The notes beneath the pieces were generated by a model. It was not told the origin of the DNA. It worked only from the letters and a program-made list of their open reading frames with translations, and did no database searches. DNA of 64,000 bases from Deltaproteobacteria bacterium. Lineage in GTDB: Bacteria; Desulfobacterota; Binatia; UBA1149; JAJCZL01. A program made the position numbers and the translations under genes. Below are positions 37,339-47,180 of the stretch, piece after piece (the first letter of the stretch is position 1; every line of letters begins with the position of its first letter). The stretch is taken from positions 14,504-78,503 of the forward strand of contig JAJCZL010000037.1 of NCBI GenBank assembly GCA_029262415.1, given 5' to 3'.

Positions 37339-38405
37339 GGCTTCCTTTTGTGCGCAGCGTCCCGTTCGCGCGCTGCGCCGCTGCCTCAACCACCATCGCG
37401 TCAGTTACCGCAGTACTTGCATTGCTCGGCGGCTCAGCGTGCAACCCGGACAGCCTACCGCGTAGCGATGATCTGCGGTCCGGCCATCAGGGGCTCAGTA
37501 TAGTCGTCACTATCCCTGTACTTGCGTTCATAGTGCGCGAAGTTGCCGGTGATCGCGGCAGCGTACGTTCGCTGCTGCCACCCGGCGCAAGCCCCCACAC
37601 TTTTGAACCGACGATCGGCGACGTGCGCGCGGTCGACGCGGCCGATCTACTGATCTCGGTGGGCGGAGGCTTCGATGACTGGGCGGTGCGTTTTGCCGAG
37701 ACCGGCATGAGTTCACCGAAGAGGGATTTGCGCAGCATGCGCATACTCGATTTGAGTGGCTTGCGACTACTCGCCGCCGAGCACGTGCACGGGCGCGACG
37801 AACATCATCAGCCCGACGAACTCAGGCACCACCAGGGTCCCAAAAGAGTGCCCGGCGCCGCCTCCGACCCACACGTTTGGCTCGACCCGGTGCAGGTTCG
37901 TGACATCATCGTGCCTGCTGTTGCGCTCCGGCTTGCACGCTTGGACCCCACCCACGCCCATGCGTATCACTCTCGTGCCGCCGACACGGTAACGATGCTG
38001 ACCGAGCTGGACAAGTCGATCCGAACCGAGCTGGCGCGTGCACCGCGCCGTGAATACCTGGCGTTTCACAACGGCTGGCGCTATTTCACGGCGCGCTACG
38101 ACCTGCGCGAGATCGGCGTTATCGAGGAAGCGGCAGGCGAAGAACCGACACCGCGAGAGATAGCAGCGTTGATCCGCGGCGCACGCAAAGCCCAGGCTTC
38201 TGCGATTTTGATCGAACCCCAGTTGGGTGCACGTATGGCCGACACCGTCGCAGCAGAGTTTGGCGGAACCACGGTCACGGTCGATCCGCTCGGCGATCCA
38301 CGCGCCCCCGAGCGCTCGGGATACCGAGTCTTGATGGAATACAACGCGCGTGCCTTCGCACGCGCCCTCGGCGCGGACCAAAGCGCTGGAGACACACGGG
38401 GATGA
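37335..38405 (+). CDS. Zn/Mn ABC transporter substrate-binding lipoprotein (ZnuA-like)
   Basis: Lipobox GSAC; PGASPHTFEP, His-rich loop, DPHVWLDP, FHNGWRYF, IEPQ, VDPLG. Confidence 0.92.
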   Translation: MRLPFVRSVPFARCAAASTTIASVTAVLALLGGSACNPDSLPRSDDLRSGHQGLSIVVTIPVLAFIVREVAGDRGSVRSLLPPGASPHTFEPTIGDVRAVDAADLLISVGGGFDDWAVRFAETGMSSPKRDLRSMRILDLSGLRLLAAEHVHGRDEHHQPDELRHHQGPKRVPGAASDPHVWLDPVQVRDIIVPAVALRLARLDPTHAHAYHSRAADTVTMLTELDKSIRTELARAPRREYLAFHNGWRYFTARYDLREIGVIEEAAGEEPTPREIAALIRGARKAQASAILIEPQLGARMADTVAAEFGGTTVTVDPLGDPRAPERSGYRVLMEYNARAFARALGADQSAGDTRG

Positions 38406-39253
38406 GCCGTGAAAACCCTGATACGGTCGTCGAGGTCCGCGACCTCAGTGTGCAACGCAACGGCATCGATGTACTCGAAGACATCACGTTCTCTGTCCGC
38501 CACGGTCAGTTCATCGGCTTGGTCGGTCCAAACGGTGCAGGCAAAACTACTCTACTGAAGGCGCTCCTCGGCTTGATCCCCGTTACGCGCGGGAGCATCC
38601 GCGTACTCGGTGCGCCGCCGGGCGACCGCGCCTACGACGCCCACGGCATCGGCTACGTGCCGCAACGGCAAGAAATCGGGCGTAATTTCCCCGCGACCGT
38701 GGCCGACATCGTCATGATGGGCCGGTTCTGCTGCATGGGACCGCTCTCCTTTCCGCGCAAGAAAGACTGGCTACACGTCAAGCGTACACTCGCGCTAGTC
38801 GGCCTCGAACACCTCGCCGAGCGCAGCATCGGGCAACTCTCAGGCGGTGAACTGCGCCGCGTAACCTTGGCGCAGGCCTTGTGCGCGAGCACGCGTTTGC
38901 TGGTACTCGATGAACCGACCATCGGGCTGGACTTGCCGGCAGAGCACGAGTTTTACGCGCTGCTTGCTAAGCTCAAAGCTGACCTCGGACTCACGATCAT
39001 CGCGGTCTCCCACGACTTGGTTGCACTGGGCGGACGGGCGGATGAACTCATCTGCATCAACCGGCGCATGCACATCCACGGAAACCCTGAAGACGTAGTC
39101 CACAGCCACGCCATCCGTGAGGCTTACAGTTGCGAGTTCAGCTTCCTGGCCGGCGAGCTTGCGCATCATGAAGGCGTACGTCCGCACGACGGGCCCGCAC
39201 ACAGCCACGACGAGGACACGCCCGGGCGGGACGACGGACATGGCGACAAGTAA
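38402..39253 (+). CDS. Zn/Mn ABC transporter ATP-binding subunit (ZnuC-like)
   Basis: GPNGAGKTT, IGYVPQR, LSGGELRRV, LVLDEPT, VSHD; His-rich C-terminal tail. Confidence 0.93.
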   Translation: MSRENPDTVVEVRDLSVQRNGIDVLEDITFSVRHGQFIGLVGPNGAGKTTLLKALLGLIPVTRGSIRVLGAPPGDRAYDAHGIGYVPQRQEIGRNFPATVADIVMMGRFCCMGPLSFPRKKDWLHVKRTLALVGLEHLAERSIGQLSGGELRRVTLAQALCASTRLLVLDEPTIGLDLPAEHEFYALLAKLKADLGLTIIAVSHDLVALGGRADELICINRRMHIHGNPEDVVHSHAIREAYSCEFSFLAGELAHHEGVRPHDGPAHSHDEDTPGRDDGHGDK

Positions 39254-40047
39254 TGTTTGAGTTCGAGTTCATGCAGCGGGCGATGACGGCGGCGGTGGTC
39301 ATCGGACTCCTTTGCGGGCTGCTGGGGTTCTTCGTTGTCTTGCGTCGGCTTGCGTTTATCGGCGTCGGAATCTCCCACTCCGCGATCGGAGGCGTAGCGA
39401 TAGGATTGCTGCTGGGCATCGCCCCGATGCTCACCGCAGCGGTATTTGCGATCGCCGTCGCACTCGGGATTGCGCGGGTTTCGAAGCGCGGAGGGCTGAG
39501 TGAAGACGCGGTCATCGGGGTATTTTTTTCGGGGTCGATGGCGCTCGGCGTGGTGTTGTTCAGCCTACGACGCGGGTTTCGCCAAGACCTCTTCGGTTAC
39601 CTATTCGGCAACGTATTGACGATCTCATCTGCTGAGCTCGTGCTGCTCACCATAGTTGCCGCTGTGGTGGCGCTGGTGTTGGTGCTGCTGTTCAAGGAAC
39701 TACTGTTCATCTCGTACGACGAAGAACTCGCGCGCGCGTACGGACGACCGGTCGACTTACTCAACTCCGCTCTGCTGGTACTGCTCGCCGTCACCATCAT
39801 CATCGGCGTGCGCCTGGTTGGAGTATTGCTCATCGAGGCGTTACTCGTCGTGCCCGCCGCGACGGCCTCACTGTGGACCGATCGGTTTCGTGCGCAGGTG
39901 GCGCTGTCGGCGTTCTTGGGCGCGGGTTGCGGGGCGCTGGGGTTGGCGGCGGCTTACGGGTTGGATATTGCGGCGGGGGGAGCGATGGTGCTGGTCGGCA
40001 TCATCACGTTCTTTACCTCGCTGGTTCTGCGGCGCGCTACTGTTTAG
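39253..40047 (+). CDS. Zn/Mn ABC transporter permease (ZnuB-like)
   Basis: FMQRA, GFFVVLRRLAFIG..ISHSA, EDAVIG, YLFGNVL, VGVLLIEALLVVPAA. Confidence 0.93.
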   Translation: MFEFEFMQRAMTAAVVIGLLCGLLGFFVVLRRLAFIGVGISHSAIGGVAIGLLLGIAPMLTAAVFAIAVALGIARVSKRGGLSEDAVIGVFFSGSMALGVVLFSLRRGFRQDLFGYLFGNVLTISSAELVLLTIVAAVVALVLVLLFKELLFISYDEELARAYGRPVDLLNSALLVLLAVTIIIGVRLVGVLLIEALLVVPAATASLWTDRFRAQVALSAFLGAGCGALGLAAAYGLDIAAGGAMVLVGIITFFTSLVLRRATV

Positions 40048-40127
40048 CCCGTAGCCGCGCCACACCCGCCGACCCGCCCCGCACGCGCGGGTTTCCTCAG
40101 CACGCCGCGCCGCGTATAACCGCCGCC

Positions 40128-41759
40128 ATGCACGGTGGAAAACTAGCAGCTAGAGGACTCAAGAAAGCCGGCGTGGATACCGTATTCACACTCTCCGGCG
40201 GTCACGTCATGCCGATTTACGACGGCTGTCTTGACGAAGGGATTAAGGTCGTCGACGTACGGCACGAACAGGCCGCGGTTCACGCCGCCGATGCCTATGC
40301 ACGCCTGCACCCCGGGCGGGTCGGAGTCGCAATCCTGACCGCTGGTCCGGGCGCAACCGACGGCGTAACCGGCATCGCCAACGCCTGGCGTGCAAACTCC
40401 CCTATTCTCGTCTTCGGCGGCCAGGGTCCGCTCGTGAACCTGAGAAAGGGTTCACTTCAAGAAATGGACCACATCAGTGTGATGCGTCCGATCACCAAGT
40501 GGGCTGAAGCCTGTTACGCGACCGACCGCATCGGTGAGTACGTTGAAGAGGCGATTCGTTACGCGTTGGCCGGCAATCCGGGCCCTTCTTACCTCGAGAT
40601 CCCGATGGACGTGCTGTCCGGTCCCGTCAATCTCGAAACGGCATCGTGCCCGGCACCGCTCGCACCGCCGCGGCTGCGTCCCGAACGCGCCCTGGTGAAG
40701 CAGGCGGCCGAGATGGTCCGCGATGCCAAGATGCCGATGGTCATGTGCGGAACCGGTGTTAAGTGGTCGAACGGCGCCGATGCACTCGCGCGTTTTCTCG
40801 ATGCGACGAAGATGCCCGCCTACTGCAACGGTATGGGCCGTGGGATGGTCGCGCACGACAGTCCCTACTTCTTCAACCGAACGCGCCGCGACTACATGGA
40901 GTCTACCGACCTGGTCATTCTCGCCGGTTCGCTACTCGACTTCCGTATGCGCTTTGGACAGTCGATCCCCGCCGAAGCGAAGATCATCCAAATGGATCTG
41001 GATGCCACTCTCATCGGTCAAAACCGCCGCGCCGATGTCGGGTTGGTCGGCAACCTCGGGCTCACCTTCGATACCTGGGTCGAAGTCATGAACGAAGAAG
41101 GCATCTCGTGCGACTGGAGTCATGTCGTCGAAGAGTGGCGTGCTAAAGAGGTTTCAGAAGAGGAAGCCCTGAGAAGCAAGCTCACCTCCGATGAAGTGCC
41201 GATCGATCCGATGCGATTGTGCAAAGAGATCGCAGACTTCGTCACCGACGACATGATTGTGATCGGCGACGGTGGCGACATCGTCGCCAAGACCGCGAAG
41301 GTACTGCCGGTTCCCAAAAACGGCTTGTGGATGGATCCGGGTCCGCTCGGCACACTTGGCGTCGGTATGCCGTTCGCACTTGCCGCGCAGCTCGCGCATC
41401 CCGACAAGCGCGTGCTGATCGTTTACGGCGACGGTAGCTTCGGACTCAACGGCTTCGAGTACGACACTGCCGTGCGCTTCGGCCTGCCCATCGTCGGCAT
41501 CATCGGCAACGATGCGGCCTGGGGACAGATGCTGCGTCCGCAGGTGATGATGTACGGTGAGGACCGTCTGGTCGCGACCGAGCTGGCACCGACCCGCTAC
41601 GACAAGGTCGTCGAGGCGCTCGGCGGTCACGGCGAGTACGTGACTGAGCCCGGCGAGATCCGCGGCGCACTGGAAAGAGCGTTTGCGAGCGGCAAAGCGG
41701 CCTGCGTGAACGTCATGATGCGTCAGGACCGAGAATTCGGCGGCGGCATCTACGTCTAG
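40128..41759 (+). CDS. Thiamine diphosphate-dependent enzyme, acetolactate synthase-like (ILVBL/2-hydroxyacyl-CoA lyase-type)
   Basis: FTLSGGH, VRHEQAAVHAAD, TAGPG, IGDGGD, WMDPGPLGTLGVG, ThDP motif GDGSFG...NDAAWG; no small regulatory subunit nearby. Confidence 0.88.
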   Translation: MHGGKLAARGLKKAGVDTVFTLSGGHVMPIYDGCLDEGIKVVDVRHEQAAVHAADAYARLHPGRVGVAILTAGPGATDGVTGIANAWRANSPILVFGGQGPLVNLRKGSLQEMDHISVMRPITKWAEACYATDRIGEYVEEAIRYALAGNPGPSYLEIPMDVLSGPVNLETASCPAPLAPPRLRPERALVKQAAEMVRDAKMPMVMCGTGVKWSNGADALARFLDATKMPAYCNGMGRGMVAHDSPYFFNRTRRDYMESTDLVILAGSLLDFRMRFGQSIPAEAKIIQMDLDATLIGQNRRADVGLVGNLGLTFDTWVEVMNEEGISCDWSHVVEEWRAKEVSEEEALRSKLTSDEVPIDPMRLCKEIADFVTDDMIVIGDGGDIVAKTAKVLPVPKNGLWMDPGPLGTLGVGMPFALAAQLAHPDKRVLIVYGDGSFGLNGFEYDTAVRFGLPIVGIIGNDAAWGQMLRPQVMMYGEDRLVATELAPTRYDKVVEALGGHGEYVTEPGEIRGALERAFASGKAACVNVMMRQDREFGGGIYV

Positions 41760-41780
41760 CACCCGCTTTTGTTCCATAGG

Positions 41781-41816
41781 CCCCGCCCCTCGAGTCCTTG
41801 ACTCAGAGGGGCGGGG
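41781..41816 (+). terminator. Strong GC hairpin after the ThDP enzyme gene
   Basis: CCCCGCCCCTC-GAGTC-CTT-GACTC-A-GAGGGGCGGGG; no clear U-tract on the + strand. Confidence 0.5.
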
Positions 41817-41820
41817 GTCG

Positions 41821-41854
41821 TTGAATCCAGGCTCAACAATGAACCCGAATTCAA
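41821..41854. promoter_or_regulatory. Candidate tandem TetR operators
   Basis: TTGA-ATCCAGGC-TCAA (41821-41836) and TGAA-CCCGAA-TTCA (41840-41853) at the TetR gene start. Confidence 0.5.
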
Positions 41855-42561
41855 ATTTGAGAATCGTGCCCCAGACGGGGGGTAGTGGTGCCGATGCAGC
41901 CCAGCGGCGCGAGAACAACTCACTGCGCGTGCTGCAGGCTGCGGAATCGTTGTTCAGCAACTCGGGTTTCTTCGAAGTCTCGATGGCTCAGATCGCCGAT
42001 ACCGCCGGGGTCGCCGTCGGCACGCTGTACAACCTTTTCGGTAGCAAGGAACAACTCTACCGCACGCTCACCCACACGCGCACCGAGGCTTTCCTCGAAC
42101 GCGTCAGCGCTGCTGTCGGCCGCGGCACCTCGCCAATCGACTGTCTCGACCGCTACATCGACGAGATGACGGCGATGTTCCTCGAACAATCCGCCCAACT
42201 GCGTACCTACCTGAACGTGATGGCCGATGCGCGGCTGTCGTTCTCGGCAACCTTGGCGCCCGAAACACGCGAACTGTTCGAAGAGGGTAACAGGATGTTG
42301 GCCGGCTTCATCGCCGACGGAATCGCCGACGGCACATTCCGGCCCGTCGACCCCTACCGAGGCGCGGTCGCACTGCAGGCGGTCGCGATTGAGTATTTGT
42401 TCATGCACGTCGACGACCCCGAGAATCACCCGATCGAAGAGTTGCTACCGGAGTTGCGCGCGATCGTAATAGGTGGGCTTACGAACTCGGAACCGCGCGG
42501 TAAGGGCGCTGCGCTCGCGGCACTCTCGAGCATCAAGGCACACCCCAACAAGAAGGAATGA
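41839..42561 (+). CDS. TetR/AcrR family transcriptional regulator (start could be GTG 41866)
   Basis: VLQAAESLF...GF..VSMAQIADTAGVAVGTLYNLFGSKEQLY; GIADGTFRPVD. Confidence 0.93.
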   Translation: MNPNSNLRIVPQTGGSGADAAQRRENNSLRVLQAAESLFSNSGFFEVSMAQIADTAGVAVGTLYNLFGSKEQLYRTLTHTRTEAFLERVSAAVGRGTSPIDCLDRYIDEMTAMFLEQSAQLRTYLNVMADARLSFSATLAPETRELFEEGNRMLAGFIADGIADGTFRPVDPYRGAVALQAVAIEYLFMHVDDPENHPIEELLPELRAIVIGGLTNSEPRGKGAALAALSSIKAHPNKKE

Positions 42562-43418
42562 ATGGAATGGCCGATACCCCGCTTCGATCCGCCCAGCCCC
42601 GACCGTTGCTGCGCGCCAGTGGTTATGCCTCGGTGGTTCTCCCCGCCGTGTGCGTGTTGCTGCTCGCCGGGCCCGTACAGGTCGGTGCCGACGAGCCCCT
42701 GAGCGGACTCGAGATCATGCAAAAGAACGACCGTGCGCGTCGCTCCGACACCGAGCATCAAGTCATGACGATGACGCTGCAGAACAGCCGCGGCCAGCAA
42801 CGAGTGCGAACTATCGAGGGTTGGTCCTTAGAGGTCACTGAAGACGAAGAACGACGCTTCTCTAAATTCCTCGAACCCCCTGACGTCAAGGGAACCACGC
42901 TTCTGTACTACGACTATACCGCCAAGGACGACGACACCTGGCTGTACCTGCCTGCACTGAAGAAGGTGAAGCGTATTCTCTCGACCAACAAGAAAGACTA
43001 CTTTATGGGTTCGGACTTCACCTACGAAGACATGGAGAACACCGACCTGGTGAACTGGGAATACACCCATACCGGTAGCGCCGAGCAGGACGGCGTCGAC
43101 TGCTACGTCGTCAACGGCCTCCCCAACAACGACGACGAGCGCAGGCAAACCGCCTACTCGCGTATCGTCAACTGGGTCGGCAAGGAGGACTTCATCTCAC
43201 GCCGCGTCGAGTATTACGACAAAAAAGACAGGCTTTCCAAGGTACTCCGGTTCGAGGAGATCCGAGCGGTTTCCGCCGCCGATTCACGGCAGCGTGCGCA
43301 TAAGTTCTTAATGGACAATCTCATCACCAAACACAAGACCGAACTTGTGTTCAGCCAAATAGAGCTCGACGTAAAAGTCGACGACGACATCTTCAGCCAG
43401 CGAAACCTAAGGCAGTAG
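42558..43418 (+). CDS. Outer membrane lipoprotein-sorting (LolA-like) protein
   Basis: FLEPPDVKGT..L...DDTWLYLPALKKVKRI..FMGSDFTYED, VEYYDK. Confidence 0.88.
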   Translation: MNGMADTPLRSAQPRPLLRASGYASVVLPAVCVLLLAGPVQVGADEPLSGLEIMQKNDRARRSDTEHQVMTMTLQNSRGQQRVRTIEGWSLEVTEDEERRFSKFLEPPDVKGTTLLYYDYTAKDDDTWLYLPALKKVKRILSTNKKDYFMGSDFTYEDMENTDLVNWEYTHTGSAEQDGVDCYVVNGLPNNDDERRQTAYSRIVNWVGKEDFISRRVEYYDKKDRLSKVLRFEEIRAVSAADSRQRAHKFLMDNLITKHKTELVFSQIELDVKVDDDIFSQRNLRQ

Positions 43419-43424
43419 TCCTTA

Positions 43425-44789
43425 GTGGATCATTGCGGGAAATCCGACGCCGCCGGTGACGGTGTTAGCCGGCACCGCGGCCAGGGCTCAACGACGCAAG
43501 CGGTCCTAGCTGTTTGCACTCTCGCTATCGTCTTCGCAGCGGCACTCGCTGATGCTGACCGGGTCAACATCAATGGATACTTACAAGAGTCGATCGCAGT
43601 TCGTCGAGATCAGCTCGACGATGTCATGTTTCACCGCCAAACCTTCAACGCCGAAGTAGAAGGCGAGATCACCGAAAACGTCGGTTTCTTATTTGAAGCA
43701 GACCTGTGGCGAGACGACCCGCACTTTCTCGAACGCGACTCCTATAAATCACGTATCCGCGAGGCACACGTAAAGTTCCGTTTCGACGAATTCGATCTAC
43801 GCTTCGGTCGGTTCCAGATCGGCTGGGGCCAATCGGATGCACTCATCATATCCGATCAAGTTACGCCGTTCGACCTGACCAACTTCATCGTCCCCGAGTT
43901 TGACGAGATCCGCCAGGGAGTCGATGGCGCGCTGCTCGACTACTACTTCGATAGCGGCGACGAACTACAGCTGGTCTGGCTCACCCGCTTCATCCCTCCC
44001 AACTTCCCCGACCACGACTCACCATGGACTTTCGTCGACAACGAAGCCCTGCAAGCAAACGGTCTGACTTTCCAAGACCCCGTCGATCCCCCCTGGACTG
44101 TCGCGAACTCCGAGTACGGCATACGCTACCAATCCCACCCCGATTGGGCCGACTGGTCAGTTGGATACCTGCGTAGCTGGACCGACATACCGACTCCGCG
44201 CTTTTTCCTTCCCAACGTTGTGCCGATCTACGACCAATTTCATATGTTCATGGCTGACATTGCCTACCCCAAGGGTAACTACCTGTTTCGTGGTGAAACG
44301 GTTTACGAGGTCGGCAAAGCACACTCAACATTCGACCCCGACAACCCGTTTACGTTGCAAGCCCTCGACACCGTCAACGCAGGTTTTGTAAGCGAACACG
44401 ATGTTTGGCGGACTTTGGTCGCCGTAGAAACCAAGCCCGACTTTGACTGGTGGCAACAGGCAGATCTGACCTTCCAACTGGTGCACGAGCAGTTGATCGA
44501 CCCCCATCCCGCACTTGTTGAAGAGAATGAGACGAATTATCTGGTCATGATCGCCTCGGCCGCGTACAAGAACGAGACGATCAAACCGCGCCTTCTCACC
44601 GTTGTGAACCCTGACGGCGACGATGCCTGGATCCAGACCAAGATCGATTTTGAGCCATTCGACAGCTGGCGGTTCACGATCGAGTACGACCAGTTCATGG
44701 GACACGGCTTCGACGGACGAAACGGCGGGAACTTCGGGATGTTCAACGATAACGACCTGTTTCTCGCGTCGGTGCGCTACAGCTACTGA
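43425..44789 (+). CDS. Outer membrane beta-barrel protein, DUF1302-like
   Basis: Signal peptide; IREAHV..DLRFGRFQIGWGQSD..ISDQVTPFD; C-terminal FGMFNDND..ASVRYSY. Confidence 0.78.
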   Translation: MDHCGKSDAAGDGVSRHRGQGSTTQAVLAVCTLAIVFAAALADADRVNINGYLQESIAVRRDQLDDVMFHRQTFNAEVEGEITENVGFLFEADLWRDDPHFLERDSYKSRIREAHVKFRFDEFDLRFGRFQIGWGQSDALIISDQVTPFDLTNFIVPEFDEIRQGVDGALLDYYFDSGDELQLVWLTRFIPPNFPDHDSPWTFVDNEALQANGLTFQDPVDPPWTVANSEYGIRYQSHPDWADWSVGYLRSWTDIPTPRFFLPNVVPIYDQFHMFMADIAYPKGNYLFRGETVYEVGKAHSTFDPDNPFTLQALDTVNAGFVSEHDVWRTLVAVETKPDFDWWQQADLTFQLVHEQLIDPHPALVEENETNYLVMIASAAYKNETIKPRLLTVVNPDGDDAWIQTKIDFEPFDSWRFTIEYDQFMGHGFDGRNGGNFGMFNDNDLFLASVRYSY

Positions 44790-44806
44790 GACAAGGCCGA
44801 CTGCGC

Positions 44807-47146
44807 GTGTACGAGCAACTCATCCGGTTCGTCATCCGGCGACCGATCGTTACGATCCTCACCGTCGGTCTGGTGACTGCGCTATTTGCCGTCCAGATAC
44901 CAACCATTCGTGTCGAAACCGACCTTGACGGTTTCATACCTGCCGACGACGACGCCGTTATAAACCAAGACTACATGGAGAGTGTGTTCGGCAGGCAGAG
45001 CTTGCTGCTGATCGTCATAAGAAACACCACCGACCCAGACGGTATCTACAACCCACACACGCTTGGCCGACTGGCCGAGATCGGTGGTTGGCTCAGTACA
45101 CGCAACGAATTTGAAACAGCGCTGACCTCGGACTTGCGTAGCCTCGCGACCGCGAACGACATTCTGGCTGACGAAGACGGCTTGACCGTAAAGCCGTTCA
45201 TGGAGTTTCCCCCCAAGACGCGCGAGGACGCCCTCGCCGTCAAGACTGCGCTCGAAAACAACGCGATATTCTACGGCACCCTTGCATCCGAAGACGGGCT
45301 CGCCGCGTTGATTCTCGTGCGCGAGTCCGTGCAAGGGAAAAGCGACCGCCCCTCTACCTATTTCGGCGTCAAAGACTACCTCGATCAACTGCAGGCGTCC
45401 GGCGGCGACGAAAAGTACTTCATGGGCGGTCTGCCCGTCGTTCAGGGAGTGTTCGAAAAGTACATACCTGCCGAAGCGGTTCGCATGCTCCCTCTCGTAC
45501 TCATCTTGATCGGGATATTTCTTTTTGTGGCGTTTCGTAGCGTACGCGGAGTGCTTATCCCAATGGCTATCCTCTTCTCCACCGAGTTATGGATGCTCGG
45601 GTTCCACGCAGCCTGCGATCGTCCGTTTTACACAATAAGCTCCATCCTTCCGGTGATCATCGTCGCGATTGCCGTCGCCGATTCGATCCACTTGCTCGCG
45701 CGCTACTATGACGCGCAGCTCGAGTTTCCCGCACACGGTCGCGAATACATTGTCGCTTACACGATGCGCGAGATGGGCGGACCGATCCTGATGACGTCGA
45801 TCACAACCGCGGTGGGGTTCCTATCGATGTACACGACGCGGATACCTCCGCTGCAGGACTTCGGGATCACCATCAGCTTCGGGATCATGGCGGCGTTGAT
45901 TTTGACGGTGGTGTTGATTCCGGCCTTCCTCATGCTGATGCCGCTCAGGAGCAAAGAGTACGAAGCCGATCCCACAGGCGTAGGATCCGGGCCGATCCAC
46001 GACTTCTTGACGGCTTCTACCCGTTGGGTGCTGCGCGCCCCTCGGCTCACCATTTTCGCGTTCGTGGCCTTAGTCGTCGTCACCGGGGCCGGCATCCCCT
46101 TTCTCAGCACCAACAGTGCACTCGTCAAGCAATTCAAGTCCGGCCACTTCCTCCGCGACGCAGACGCAGTCGTTAACCGACACTTCCCAGGCAGCTCGAT
46201 CCTCGACCTCGTGGTCTGGGGCGAAGCAGACGGGACCATCAAAGAACCTGAGATCCTCCGACGCATCGACCGCTTCCAAACCGAGATCGAGACTATCCCA
46301 GGCGTCGGCGACAGCTTTTCGATAGCCGAGATGATCAAGCGGATGAACCGGATGATGCACGGCGACGACCCGGCATTTGAGACCATCCCCGACAGCAAGG
46401 AACTCGTCGCACAATACCTGCTGCTCTATTCGATCTCGGCTGATCCTGGAGATTTCGACGACGTGGTCGACTACGGTTACCGCCATGCACGCGTGATGGT
46501 CTACCTGAACAATCCCGGGACACATCTCGCGCGTGAGGTCGAGGGCCGCGCGCGCGAACTGAGCACCAAGATATTCTCCGCGCTCGGACCTGTGCCGGTG
46601 CAAACGATTCTTGCCGGCTCAGCCTATCAATTCGGACACACCGAACACCACGTCGTCCGCGGTCAAGCCGGCACGCTCATCGTCTGTCTACCAATCATGC
46701 TGCTGCTGAACTGGCTGATGTTCCGCAGTAGGGTCATGGCGCTGATGTCCATCTTGCCCGTCACGATCAGTGTCATCGTGATCTATGGAAGTATGGCTTA
46801 CGTGGGCCTTACGCTCGAGATCGCCAACGTCATGCTTGGCGGGATGGCGATCGGCATCGGTGTCGACTTCGCGATCCACTACTTGTTCAAGTACCGCCTG
46901 TTCCGCAACCGCGGCCTCGATCACGAAGAGGCTGTGATCGCCACCTCCACAACCGCCGGTCGCGCGCTACTGTTCAATGCGATCGTGTTGTTCGCCGGCT
47001 TCTTGGTAATGCTGACGGCCCGCTTCAACCCGCAGATCAAACTCGGCTCGCTGGTGGCTGCCACCGTTCTGATCTGCTATGTCAGCACAATCTACCTGTT
47101 CCCCGTGCTGCTGCGCTCGGTGCCGGCAAAACGGTTTTCGGTATGA
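44807..47146 (+). CDS. RND superfamily MMPL-type transporter
   Basis: Two repeats with IAVADSIHLL, MTSITTAVGF, IGIGVDFAIH, TAGRALLFNA. Confidence 0.92.
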   Translation: MYEQLIRFVIRRPIVTILTVGLVTALFAVQIPTIRVETDLDGFIPADDDAVINQDYMESVFGRQSLLLIVIRNTTDPDGIYNPHTLGRLAEIGGWLSTRNEFETALTSDLRSLATANDILADEDGLTVKPFMEFPPKTREDALAVKTALENNAIFYGTLASEDGLAALILVRESVQGKSDRPSTYFGVKDYLDQLQASGGDEKYFMGGLPVVQGVFEKYIPAEAVRMLPLVLILIGIFLFVAFRSVRGVLIPMAILFSTELWMLGFHAACDRPFYTISSILPVIIVAIAVADSIHLLARYYDAQLEFPAHGREYIVAYTMREMGGPILMTSITTAVGFLSMYTTRIPPLQDFGITISFGIMAALILTVVLIPAFLMLMPLRSKEYEADPTGVGSGPIHDFLTASTRWVLRAPRLTIFAFVALVVVTGAGIPFLSTNSALVKQFKSGHFLRDADAVVNRHFPGSSILDLVVWGEADGTIKEPEILRRIDRFQTEIETIPGVGDSFSIAEMIKRMNRMMHGDDPAFETIPDSKELVAQYLLLYSISADPGDFDDVVDYGYRHARVMVYLNNPGTHLAREVEGRARELSTKIFSALGPVPVQTILAGSAYQFGHTEHHVVRGQAGTLIVCLPIMLLLNWLMFRSRVMALMSILPVTISVIVIYGSMAYVGLTLEIANVMLGGMAIGIGVDFAIHYLFKYRLFRNRGLDHEEAVIATSTTAGRALLFNAIVLFAGFLVMLTARFNPQIKLGSLVAATVLICYVSTIYLFPVLLRSVPAKRFSV

Positions 47147-47180
47147 GAACGGGCCGAAGACTTTTTCTCGGCTGACGCTC

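Noticed and set aside
39873-40127. N-terminal extension of the ThDP enzyme in the ORF track (similar extensions at 9290, 13717, 22103, 28669, 29883, 48967, 48977, 55011, 55883)
   Set aside because: They overlap neighbouring genes or promoters and lack homology-like sequence; downstream starts match family N-termini.
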